The notes under the pieces: generated by a model
Database searches by the model: none
What the model saw: the letters and a program-made list of their open reading frames with translations, nothing else
Told to the model about the DNA's origin: nothing
Made by a program: the position numbers and the translations under genes
Part shown: positions 1 to 12,386 of the stretch, piece by piece
Layout of the letters: every line of letters begins with the position of its first letter
Position numbering within the stretch: the first letter of the stretch is position 1
Source: Octopus sinensis
Lineage: Eukaryota
NCBI RefSeq assembly: GCF_006345805.1
Contig: NC_043009.1
Span: forward strand, 18,538,001 to 18,602,000
Reading direction: 5' to 3'
DNA length: 64,000 bases

Positions 1-397
1 AGCCTATTACATTTGAATATATCTTTCAAATGCCTTTACTTTGGCGCGTTGAGACCCGGGTCTCAACGCGCCAAAGTAAAGGCATTTGAAAGATATATTC
101 AAATGTAATAGGCTGAACTCCATGCACGCGATATTTCGGTATCGTGTTTGCATCTAGTCCAGCAAATTGCATTTATAACGGACCATGCTGATGATGGCTG
201 CAGTTTTCCTTGCGGAAAATAACAGCCGAAACTAATTAGTACATGGGTAATTATTTTATTTCGTATATTTTTCACTTGTTTATTGCTATGGTTTTGTGCT
301 GAGTTTGATCTGAGAACATAATCTTTTGTGGTGAATGGCGATTTGACGTCTATATCTAGCATGTTGACTGTCCACTTTTCGTGTTCAGTCCTTAATT

Positions 398-401
<4 letters not shown>
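1..401. repeat. PLE pseudo-LTR palindrome, copy 1 (left arm cut by window start)
   Basis: 1-57 is the exact reverse complement of 58-114 (centre GAGACCC|GGGTCTC). 58-401 matches 1905-2248 at an offset of 1847 bp. Contains an HHR at 183-246. Confidence 0.85.
183..246 (+). ncRNA. Minimal type I hammerhead ribozyme (family A)
   Basis: Stem I CCAUG/CAUGG; core CUGAUGA 188-194 plus an extra U; stem II GGCUG...CAGCC with inner UUUUCC/GGAAAA; GAAAC 228-232; palindromic stem III ACUAAUUAGU; cleavage triplet GUA (after 241). Confidence 0.85.
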
Positions 402-442
<41 letters not shown>

Positions 443-505
443 TAAATATAAATATATTTTGACAGTATATATATATATATAATATTTATATATTATATAT
501 ATATA

Positions 506-900
506 CATGAGGGTAATCCCAAAAGTAAGGTCTCCAAAAATATTTTAAAATCACAGAAATGTTAATTGTCAATGACGTGTACATCATTTTAAAGTTTGAA
601 TATATATTTTTCAACATAATCGCCATTTCGGTCGATGCATTTTTGTAGGCGCTGGGGCAGTTTTTGTATGCCCATGTCATGCCAGCTCACCGCCATGTCG
701 TTGAGGAGGCGTTGAACCTCATCTTTCACCTTGACGTCGTTGCTGAAGCGCGTTCCGGCCAAATATTCCTTCAACTTAGGGAAAAGGCGGTAGTCACTGG
801 GTGCCAAGTCCAGACTATAAGGTGGTTTGCTGTTTATGGTCTTCTGTGAGCATTCGTGGGACCCATCTTGGGCACACCGTCCGACATAGCAACTTAAAAC
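506..900 (-). mobile_element. Internally deleted mariner (Tc1/mariner) remnant
   Basis: ORF 589-807 (LAPSDYRLFPKLKEYL...CIDRNGDYVEK) is a mariner C-terminus. Upstream on the minus strand, RWVPRMLTEDHKQQ joins directly to PPYSLDLAPSD. TIR-like TA-CATGAGGGTAATCCCAAAAGTAAGG at 504-530. Confidence 0.85.
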
Positions 901-1328
901 AAGACGTTAGCTGATAATTAAGCGGTCTCCCACTAGCAGACTATTGATAACGAAACAGGGAAAGTCTTATCATGTAGTACTATAGTTATTTAAACAATGT
1001 TGCTATATTATATACAGTTAAATTTTAGGGTTATTCAAAAGATTATTAAGAAGAATATTGTAACAAAAGGATAGAAATTTATGAATACTTTTGAGTATAT
1101 AACAAACTGGGGCAGTTTTAAGTATTAAGTTTTCCCTTACTAAACCTCATGACATTGCTTCTAATAAACCTTGATTTTTATGACTATACTATCTACAATG
1201 TCAGTCTACTTCCTCAATCCTACCCCAAACAGATACTGCCCTCGGTTTCTCTCAGCCTTAAATAATCAAACTCCATTCTTATATATATATATTTATACAT
1301 ATATATTATATATATATATATATTATAT

Positions 1329-1362
<34 letters not shown>

Positions 1363-1378
1363 ATGTATATATATGTAT

Positions 1379-1409
<31 letters not shown>

Positions 1410-1715
1410 GTATATATATATAATATATATAATATATATATATATATTATATATATATATATATATATAAAATTAATTAAGGGTAGAAATTGATATTTAT
1501 CAATTAAGACCAGTGGTCTAGCATATTAAAAAAGAATCCGAAGATTAAAATATTTATATATACCAATTAAGGACTGAACACGAAAAGTGGACAGTCAACA
1601 TGCTAGATATAGACGTCAAATCGCCATTCACCACAAAAGATTATGTTCTCAGATCAAACTCAGCACAAAACCATAGCAATAAACAAGTGAAAAATATACG
1701 AAATAAAATAATTAC

Positions 1716-1779
1716 CCATGTACTAATTAGTTTCGGCTGTTATTTTCCGCAAGGAAAACTGCAGCCATCATCAGCATGG
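1716..1779 (-). ncRNA. Hammerhead ribozyme (family A), left arm
   Basis: Exact reverse complement of 2030-2093. Confidence 0.85.
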
Positions 1780-2029
1780 TCCGTTATAAATGCAATTTGC
1801 TGGACTAGATGCAAACACGATACCGAAATATCGCGTGCATGGAGTTCAGCCTATTACATTTGAATATATCTTTCAAATGCCTTTACTTTGGCGCGTTGAG
1901 ACCCGGGTCTCAACGCGCCAAAGTAAAGGCATTTGAAAGATATATTCAAATGTAATAGGCTGAACTCCATGCACGCGATATTTCGGTATCGTGTTTGCAT
2001 CTAGTCCAGCAAATTGCATTTATAACGGA

Positions 2030-2093
2030 CCATGCTGATGATGGCTGCAGTTTTCCTTGCGGAAAATAACAGCCGAAACTAATTAGTACATGG
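2030..2093 (+). ncRNA. Hammerhead ribozyme (family A), right arm
   Basis: Identical to 183-246. Confidence 0.85.
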
Positions 2094-2423
2094 GTAATTA
2101 TTTTATTTCGTATATTTTTCACTTGTTTATTGCTATGGTTTTGTGCTGAGTTTGATCTGAGAACATAATCTTTTGTGGTGAATGGCGATTTGACGTCTAT
2201 ATCTAGCATGTTGACTGTCCACTTTTCGTGTTCAGTCCTTAATTGGTATATATATATATATATAATATATATATATATATAATTAATAAATATAAATATA
2301 TTTTGACAGTATATATATATATATATTTATATATTTATATATATATACACATATATATTTATATATACATATATATATATATAATATATATATAATATAT
2401 ATATATATTATATATATATTTAT

Positions 2424-2471
<48 letters not shown>

Positions 2472-2492
2472 ATATCTATATATATATATATA

Positions 2493-2764
2493 TAACTTTT
2501 AAAATAAGGGCAAAAGAAAAATTCTAATGCCAAATATGCCGAAAAAAAGACAAAATTGTCAATAACCATTATAATTAATGCGTCTCGAAACAAGCCGATA
2601 GACATTTCTAAAAAATCCGTTATTACCGTATTGGTCCCAATTCCAGAGTTAATTCATAAGAATTTGTTTCGAGACGCATTAATTATAATGGTTATTGACA
2701 ATTTTGTCTTTTTTTCGGCATATTTGGCATTAGAATTTTTCTTTTGCCCTTATTTTATAAGTTA
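2493..2764. repeat. Inverted repeat, 101-bp arms with a 70-bp spacer
   Basis: 2493-2593 is near-identical to the reverse complement of 2664-2764; starts right after a (TA)n tract. Confidence 0.85.
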
Positions 2765-3053
2765 TTTATAAATTTAACCTTTAAAGGTATTTTTTGATAT
2801 GTTGGCTATTGATAAAAAATTTTTCGAGAAAAAAAAAATCTATCCTACATTAGTTGTAAATTTAAGTGTTCACTTCCGGATTCTCTCACTCTGTGAAAGT
2901 TTCTAGTTCGAATCACACGTTTCTCGAAATTTGCCGAAGATTTTCTATTTTGGATATATTTGGGGTACTTAGGTCTGCTCAGGACTTAGTGCTTGCCTTT
3001 TCCATGGGTTTCAGTAAGTATTTCATCCTACATTAGTTATATATTTATATATA

Positions 3054-3439
3054 TACTAGCAGTATCGCCCGGCGTTGCTCGGGTTTGTAAGGGAAATAAC
3101 TATAAAGCATTTTTAGAGAGTTATAGCCAAAAAATAGAAAAAGATGGAAAAAAAATTATGGTAAATTTTTTTTGAGAGTTAAAAAGGTTGAGTTGCGTCC
3201 CCTAGACAATCTGTGGTTTGTGTTTCTGATTCTCGACCCCATGTCGAATTTATCGACTTTTTTCAGAACTGGGGGAACTTTTCAAAATTTTCGCTGCGTT
3301 AGTTTTGAATTATGACATTGGGCTATGTGTGTGTCAAGTTTCATCAGAATCGGTTGAAAGCCGTGGTCAGGGTGAGGGTACAACCTGACAGACACACAGA
3401 AACACACACAGACAAACTGCCGTTTATATATAGAGAGAT
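3054..3439 (+). mobile_element. Non-autonomous Helentron/DINE-1-like element
   Basis: 5' TACTAGCAGTATCGCCCGGCGTTGCTCGGG with a short hairpin; 3' ACAGACAAACTGCCGTTTATATATAGAGAGAT preceded by an (ACAG/AC)n tract; same termini recur at 27111-27629 and 31697-32085. Confidence 0.6.
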
Positions 3440-3543
3440 ACATACTATACTATACTGTACTATACTATACACACGCATACAGACATACACACACAACCAC
3501 GCATACATACATACATACATACATACATACATACATACATACA

Positions 3544-3575
<32 letters not shown>

Positions 3576-5110
3576 CAGATACACAGATACATATATACGT
3601 ACACTGTATATTGCTGCTATACACTGCCTTTAACTGAGATATACTGTATGATACTGCCACACAATGTACATTACTTCTATACCCTTCATACTACTGCTGT
3701 TAACTGTACACTAGTATTATACATCGTACGTTACTGCTATACAATGAACACTTCTGCTACCCTCAGGATGTTACTACAGTATACTGTGCATTATTTCTAT
3801 ACACTGCACACACCTTCTATACACTGGCCGCTACATTCATTTTTTTAATCTTTTCCTCTGTAACTTCACCTTCCATAAGACAACCAGCGCTACAGTTTTG
3901 CGTGGGTTCTTACTATTTTCCATTTGAAAACACATAGTCAAGCATATGTGTGCGTGTAAAAATGTCCACACACACAAACACAAACACACACATGCACTCT
4001 CTCTCTCTCTCGCTCTCTCTCTCTCAATATATTTCTCTCTTTCTCTCTTTCTCACGCACACACACACACAAACACACATCTATGCTCATTACACTGTATG
4101 TATAGTGCGTACGTAAATACATATGCGTGTTATATATTTAACTGTGGAATATGGAGTTATTAAAGAAATGATATATTGAGGTTACTATAGATAAGGTACG
4201 AATTAATTAGTTTTACACAGTATGTGTGTAGTTATAAGATATGAAGAGCTACTGAAGTTTGCAACCATCCTTACAGACCACTTAAGTCCTCACTGTGAAG
4301 TACAATGTTATGTGAGTTTTTGCTTTATGTTGCATAAGTCTAAGTGGAATATGAGACTAATATTGTGTCATTCTAATTGTCCCCCTTAAGTTAACCACTC
4401 AAAATGTAACACTCAGTCATACATACATACATACTATCACGCGCATGTGTGTGTCACGAATATTCGAGAAATATGGGGCGTGTGAGACTGGGTGGACGTG
4501 CATGCATCATCATCTAGGCCCATCCTATCTAACCTTAGCAACACTTTCGACTTCAACCGACCATCAAACTCGACGACGCAACAGATTATTGCACTTTACC
4601 ACTATTCCCCAGCACCACACTCAACTCTCACTCTCAACTTCTATATTTAACACAAACTCAGCTTCCAGATTCAATCAATACGCTTTAACCGAACCAACGT
4701 GGAAGCCTTTTTTTACAAGGTCGCTCAACTGTCTAGAAATGTTAAAAGAGCAGACAAATCCCCTTCAAATCACATCCTACCGATTTAAAAGAAAAGGATT
4801 CTTTATATAATGTGAGACTAGTTTCTCTGCCAAATGGGGAAAATGTGATGGTTACCAGAGGAACGTATTTTATTGTAAATATGCTTAATTAGAACAAACC
4901 TGAGGATAAACAGGAAAGTTTACACTCAACCGTCGCATTCAACAACATATGCATACCACCTCATTTATCATACTCAAACACTACACTCAATCACTATACA
5001 TCAACAATCACCACACTCAGTCACCACATTCGATCATAACAACAATATAAGTATACCATATACACACTCAAACACACACACACACAACACACACACACCA
5101 CACACACACT

Positions 5111-5182
<72 letters not shown>

Positions 5183-5768
5183 GAAATATTAAGACATGTA
5201 GTAAAGAATTCAAAACAATAAACAAACATGCAACATGTTTACTCAACAGAAGCAAATAACACAAAGGCACATTGCATGCAGCAAAATTCGATTGAACAGG
5301 AATTTCGCCAGTCCAGTCTGGACCACCAATAGTTCCATAACAAAGCACGATATAAAACACAAATGATATAAAACAGTAAAACTTCGACTTGAATGTAGAC
5401 CATGCTAAAAAATCACAAAGAACAGAAGCAAAAATACTGAAAATGAAGACCACCTTGACTTCAAAGGGCGATACTACCATTCCATAAGCAATCATCCCTT
5501 CCCAAAACAGACACATCAACTACACTGTACAACACAATAACAACACCATCCTGAGCATCTTGAACTCGCACATAGTTCTAACTGTCTCAGGCAGAAATAG
5601 CTGGGGCTCCTATATCCACACCAACCTCAAACAATGGTATGAAGTATACATAATTACTAATAAGTACAGAGAATCTCTGTCTGCAACTGTCGCACCCGAT
5701 ACCAGTTTGCTTCGTCGGACAACGTTATGATTATTAGCAGAATATGCAGACGCTCAGAAGAATCAATA

Positions 5769-5930
5769 GTGGTGGCTAAGTTGTAGCCTACACGTTAAAG
5801 TGTTGCACTTACGATCTCAAGATCATGGTTTCGATTCCCAGACCGGCTGTACGTTGTGTTCTTGAGTAAAACACTCCATTTCGAGTTGATCTAGTCAACT
5901 CAGCTGTGAATGGGTAACCTTGGACGAATT
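5769..5930 (+). mobile_element. Degenerate tRNA-derived SINE
   Basis: B-box-like GGTTTCGATTCC followed by a core-like GTGTTCTTGAGTAAAACACT...CAACTCAGCTGTGAATGGGTA. Confidence 0.5.
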
Positions 5931-6719
5931 GACGAACAAGTGTGCGATGCTGACTCATGAAAATCATCCGAACGAGGTCACGCAGTCACCATTTGTATTC
6001 AATGATCGAAAAAGGATGAATAATACAACCAGTACTTCGAATCCTGATTGAAAATCAGGAAATCACTCAATCTGCAAGAAAATAACACTCAGTGTTAAAA
6101 GTAAGAAGTCTAAGGTGATCATGGACAAACTATATTTGAAGAAGCAAATGGGATGGTCACGGCTAAAACAGCTTTGAACAACGATTAGACAGCAAGGACA
6201 GCATCAATAACAAGAAAAAAAGGTGGACAAAACAAGACCTGGCGGTGATGCAAGTACAGCATTTCTAGACTGCACAGTACACATGCACACGTGTAGCAGT
6301 ATGGTACTTAGTTATGCAGAAGTACCTCGAACAACAGACCTGGAGGTCGACTCTTAATGATTGACCGAATAACCTGCTTACCACAGGTCTGCCAGATGAG
6401 ACCAACTAACCTGCAGCTACACAACTAGAGAGCAAGTGCGCATACTAAAATTTATGTGTACACACACACACGCACGCACACACGCACGCACACACACACA
6501 TACACGTATATATATGTAGATATTTATATGCATATTTGTATGAGTACGTGTGTGTGTGTATAGGCACATACGTACAGACATACATGTATACATACATACA
6601 TACATACATACATACATACATACATACATACATACATACATACATACATACATGCAATGAAGGGCTAAAAGGTTCAGAGGCTGACTATAAAAGAGTGATG
6701 CTTGAGCTGTGAAATCTTG

Positions 6720-7490
6720 CATGCATTAATCTCAGATCTTCTTATTAATAACTGCATTGTTTCTTTACAGGTAAACTGACATCTGACTGTTCAAAGTAGA
6801 CTTCGAAAGTAACTAATAGCCAAAAGTCAACAAAATTTGGCATCATGGTATTATCAAGTACCTGCAGAAAAAGGGTTAGCCCCCACCCCACTTCCCAAGG
6901 ACATTTATGCTGACATGGTTGCTACATTAAAGGACGACGCTCCAATTTCATCAACGGTGCAAAAGCGGGCATGAGAATTTAGGAGAGGAAGGGTCATCTT
7001 GAAGATGACCCAAGGTCTGGACGTCCTGCAACTTCCACCACCGAGAAAAACTTTGATTGTTCACCACATGGTGATGGATGACAGGCTATTGACTTACAAA
7101 TCAAACAGCAATGCTATTAGTATATCCTGTGAGAGGGTTGAGAATATTCCCCACTACGAACTTGTCATGACGAAGGTTTCTGCCCGACTGGTGTCGCGTC
7201 CTCTAACACCTGATCAAAAGCGCACCTGGTAGATCATATCACAGGAAAATCTGACAGTGTCTGAGGTAGATCCAGCTGGTTTCTTTTGAATGTTTCCTAA
7301 TTTAGGATGGTGTTGGGCACATCACTTTGAAGCAGAGACAAAGAAACGAGCCATGCAGTGGGAACCCCCCTCTTGTCCGGCTTCTAATGAAGACCAAGGT
7401 CATTTCAAACGAGTCACATCATCAACAAAGAGTATTATGCCAACTTGCTGAGGTAGGTACGAAAGGCCATCAAGCCCAAACGCCCAGGAT
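6720..7490 (+). pseudogene. Degenerate mariner transposase fragment
   Basis: Frameshifted EDDPRSGRPATS, RLVSRPLTPDQKRTW (WVPxxL equivalent) and the E(T)KKRAMQW region; internally deleted. Confidence 0.75.
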
Positions 7491-7519
7491 TAATACCTCT
7501 TCATAATCTGTTCAATATA

Positions 7520-8170
7520 TTTTGATCAGTTTCTGTGCGCTTTCGATGCGTTCCATTTATCCTCGCAAGAACGCAATTATACCGTTTTTCTGTCCCGCCA
7601 TTGCAAATGGTCCATTAACTCTCTAACACCATTTTCAATAAAGCTTCAAAATATTTGCTCCAGTATCGTTCGCAGGGATAAATTGAATAAACATTTCTAA
7701 AATTTGAAAATTCAATGTGACTCTTCGCTCAAATACTTTAAGTTGAGCTCTATATCCCATATATGGGCTCTCGTTAAGCGCAGTTGAAAAAGTTGCAATT
7801 TGCTGCAAGCATCCTTCAAGAAAGTTTCAGCATTATGCTATCCATTGTCGCAGACTGGCTGAGAGAGACAGTAAAGAGAGAGTAAACAATGGCCACCACT
7901 GCCAGCAAGCGTCTTTTCTGCAATTTGTATTGAGACTTTGTAGCTGGACACGAATTCATTGCTTTGCCAGGGAAAACAGTGCGTTAGTTCACTTACAAGT
8001 CTTCAGCCGCTCAGCTTCATTTTTCATCTTTAGTAAATTTCCAAAAATTTTCCGTCCGGTAATGTCGCCTGATATTTGCCACTTTCTTCGCAGCAACATT
8101 GCTAGACATACGAGTTCGATCATTTCTGTACTCAATATCAACTTTCTGCATTTTGCATTGATTGCTTTAT
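7520..8170 (-). pseudogene. Degenerate hAT (GTF2IRD2/SPIN-like) transposase
   Basis: Hand translation of the minus strand: AKKVANIRRHY, SYKVSIQIAEK, FSTALNES...AQLKVF and NGPFAMAGQKNGIIAFL resemble the hAT motifs NIRRHY, ASFxVA, FSLALDES..AQL and TDGAPAMxG; stops and frameshifts. Confidence 0.65.
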
Positions 8171-11100
8171 TGCAATGAGAATTTTTTTTTCTTTGATTTT
8201 ATTTCCAAAGTGAGTTATTCAACATATATCGTAGAACATCTGGCATATCTCCTGTTGTTGCAAGAGATTTCAAGAAGTTGTGTGACATGCATAGCGGCGC
8301 GTGAACTGGTCGCAATACTGGTGGTTAAAAAGAAGTCATCAAGCCTGAGAAAGTACCACCATGCAACTGATACAGAAGACGAGTGATGAGTCTTACATAG
8401 AAAACGCTTGCATATCCACTGTGTCTAAACCAAAAGAAAAGGGGAGAAATACTGACCTTGCTAGAATTAATCAAGTATTCTTCATCAAGCAAATAATTAA
8501 CGTAGATTTTTTTTTGAAACATACTGACACCATTTGTATTCACAAATAGAACGATCATACTTGAAAACATGCGCGCGCACGGGTACGTATTAATGAGGTG
8601 TTCCTACTAACCGGGATTTCCTATATACCAGTGTTTGTTTAGATACACTATTAGTATACTCGTGTGAAACACTTAGAATAACGAAAGGTCGTTCGGGCCG
8701 GATAAACATAACATCCCAATAGTTGTGCGTCGGTGAAAATCCTTTCGCGGGCCGGATCTTCTTGCTCACCCTTGATCTTCAACATTCAGAAACTAGAGCA
8801 ATTTCACCGATTTATGCAAACTCTGGATTCTGATGCCATAAATTATAGTCAGTGAAGTATTCTCGTGAAAATGTCGGTGAATTTGATCACACAGAAACAA
8901 CTGTAACGATACAGTGCACTATCTTATTCTAACAGCATAACAATTACTCTGCAGTACATTGCGTTACACACTGCGGAAAACTATGTCGTATTTATCTCTG
9001 TCTTATAAATAGTTCGCACAAGTAAAGAGGAATAACAACGATTGCAACAAAATAATTAAAAACAAAAACATCATGAGACCAGATACCAGAACGAGGCTTG
9101 GATGTCTCTTGTGACCAGAATAGATGATTTCATTTTTAAGCAAAATATAAAATAAATAAATAAAACTTATTTGCTTTGAATATACAAACATTAATAAATA
9201 GTTTTTGCACTGTTTCATGGCGAAAGTGATATAATCTATTGCAACATGTATTTACTCAAAGTAATTTGATTTTACTGTACAATAAATAAAATAAGTATTT
9301 AAATAAATAAATGAATAAATTATGTACCTGTTCTTTGGGTTTTATACATGTGCCTCGGAGTGGAGAGGGGCCTAAAAGCACTGAAACCTTCCAATTCTTT
9401 TAGTAGTAATATTTTAATTTATCAAAAGGCCTACTAATCAGAAGTCCCGCAGATCAGAACACAAAGGGTTAATATCATTGGATAACAGTTTCAGGTGCTA
9501 AACATAACGAATACTTTTCTAAGAATATACCACTTTGAGTGATACCTTTTACTGAATATTGAGCTGTCAAATAAGCCCTAACCTTTTATTTACATTCACA
9601 GTGGAGTTAACGATTATTACTTACCGTCATCGATGTATGAACACTTCCAAATAAACCAGCAGCAAAATGTAAATATTCTGTATGCAAAGAAAATTAACCT
9701 TTACACCTGTAACCTCTCCACTGTTGGAATACACAAAAGCCGTCAAATTCCTTACAATGTAGAGTTTTTACTTCAGCTGATGATGTCTTATGGCGACTAC
9801 AGACAAGGACTAAGTTCCTTTCCCACGGCTGATAACACTTGGATAATTGCTCACTTTAAGCATTAAGTCCTATAATCCACTGAATCATAGAGTATTAATT
9901 TTTATAATCCACTGAATCATAGAGTATTAATTCCTATAATCCACTGCATCATAGAGATAATGTTGAAAATTTATACTTATAAAAAATGCTAAATCGGAGT
10001 TTGTCTGCAATAAATACTCATTCGCGCGCGCACACAATCATATGAACAAACGTATATATTCATATACACACAATTATACATATATAGCCCCATGGACATA
10101 CAATTATATGTGCAGGGACCTCGCTTGGCCCTGCCTGAGACTCGAAACCGAATCCACTCACTTGTCAAAGAAGTCTGAAATCATTTGTGTTTGCATTTCT
10201 ACTCCGGATGGTTAATGGGAAGCACTTGACCTAAGAACTTTTGCTGGTCATGGGTCAGTCCTTTGTTTAGGATTTGACTTACTTTCCTGGCCATATACTA
10301 TATAACAGAGGGCATTTCTTTCTCCGCCCTCTTCGACTTTCTAATCGGCATTCGAAATGCAGCTTTCGGCCGGAATCAAAAAAGCACAATACCATCTTTA
10401 TCCTTTCTTCCTCTCTGTCAGCAGATTGCAATCCTCATTCTGTCTCTCTTTACCAGAAGAACGCAACTTGCACACGACCGACTACCAACAAGAGGACGAA
10501 GTTTTATCACTGTCAATTATTAACAACAAGCTTAAAACCCGGCTTCTAAGCTAGCTCCTGTAGAGGACTCTTCATTGGGCCTTGGGCCTAACAATGACAC
10601 TTCATGCATTCAGTACATATGAAATTTTTCTAAACTTGACCAATATTTTTCAAGCAATGAACAATTTTCATGTAGTCAGATTGCACTAAGTTTCCATGGC
10701 TACGACGGCTGACGGCATGTAAATAGGTCCGACAAATTTTATTAATATCTGGAAAAATACTAGAGTTTCCAACATTTTTATGGCAGAGAGTTATGAGAGG
10801 TAATATTGTATGAGCGAGTGAGTTCAATACGTATTTCAGTTCCGAACATTATGAAGCACTTCTTATGGTTAAACTACTTGATACAGTTATGATATTTAGA
10901 GAAAGATTTTTTTCAAAATGTTTATTCTGGAAATTACTTTTGGAAATCGTTATAATATTTAGAGAAATATTTTTTCAAAAGAAAAAAAAAAACAAGAATG
11001 AAGAACAGTAGAAAAGTCATTGAATACTGATAGAGAGAGTCGGAGGAGTGAAGTTGAAAAAGTGTGACACACTGACACACTGACATTCGCTTTCGCATTT

Positions 11101-12300
11101 ATTATTATATACTATTGCAAATAAACCGGCAAATAAACATGTAAATAATATTCTATATTCTTCGGTGTTCTTCACTTGGTCGTGAGAAGTTTAGATCTTC
11201 ACTTCAATAGTAGTTACATGTAAACCCTGCAATTGGTGACCCCGTAAACACAACATATGCATAATTTCAGATACATGCTTATACACACTAACTCATACGT
11301 TCAACACATTCATAGAAACATAGTGGCAATTAATTCATAGACGAGTATGACTTTCACTAATAAATCATTTTATTCCAGAAGTTAAAGACAATGGCTGTCA
11401 ATAATGCCCGTGCTCGAATTCAAAATCAATAACAGCTTGCTCAACACCGCTAAAACTCTTACCTACCATGCTAACGAGTCAGAAACAAGCAAGAGAAAGA
11501 TCTGTCTTCGCAATGAGGCGTTATTTCAGAATTGCTCTTAGAGGGATGTCGATTGACTCAGCTGAGTTCATCTGGTTTTTTTTTGACAGGTTTTGTTTTT
11601 CGTCTTACAGAGTATCCAACAAAAACCATCGAGGTTTGGCAGGGTTGCCGGTTTAGTCGCCGACAGCCCGACTGGTACTGGGGTACATGTTACCAGTAGC
11701 ACTAAGAGTGACCTGACGTACGTACATACATACAACAAATACATTGTCACATCTAAGTACAAACATAGCTACATACACATACATGCAGTATGACAAGCAC
11801 ATGAAGTAAATGCACTTAGAGGCATAGACATACGTTTATAAAGAGCCGGTACATACATATAAAAATACCACCACAAATACACACACATACATAGCTACAT
11901 TATATGCGCATGATAGGCCAAATAAACCGATAAAAGGGCAAAAACTACTTGAATAATATCTCTCCCACACTATATATAATGCATGCGTGGTTAAAATAGG
12001 GGACTTTATTGATGATTGGTGAGCCTTGAAGGTAGTGAGACAAATTGAAGGACAGCGATAATAATGGAATATTAAGACATCAGTGGAAAAGGAAAAACCG
12101 TTGAAGGATAGCGGCAACAACGATTGAAACAAGAAAATCTGTAACAGAAAGCGACATTGATGGCAACAGAATCCCACAAAAATATCGACATAGGATTGGA
12201 AAGATTAAGTGAAATTATGACAGAAGATTCACGAATGACATTGTACTAAGCAATCAAAGAAACCAACGCTAAGAAAGAATTGACGTCTGACAAAATGACT

Positions 12301-12386
<86 letters not shown>

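Larger units (their letters stand above)
1561..2248. repeat. Perfect spacerless palindrome (2 x 344 bp) of PLE pseudo-LTRs
   Basis: Centre at 1904/1905 (CCC|GGG). The arms give identical 87-aa ORFs on opposite strands. Each arm carries an HHR, and (TA)n lies on both sides. Confidence 0.9.

Noticed and set aside
99-2209. Three identical 87-aa ORFs (MLDIDVKSPF...)
   Set aside because: They run antisense to the hammerhead in each palindrome arm and show no recognisable domain; identity is explained by the repeat.
9867-9957. 31-bp unit x3 as a possible CRISPR-like array
   Set aside because: Contiguous units with no unique spacers, in a eukaryotic context; a simple minisatellite.
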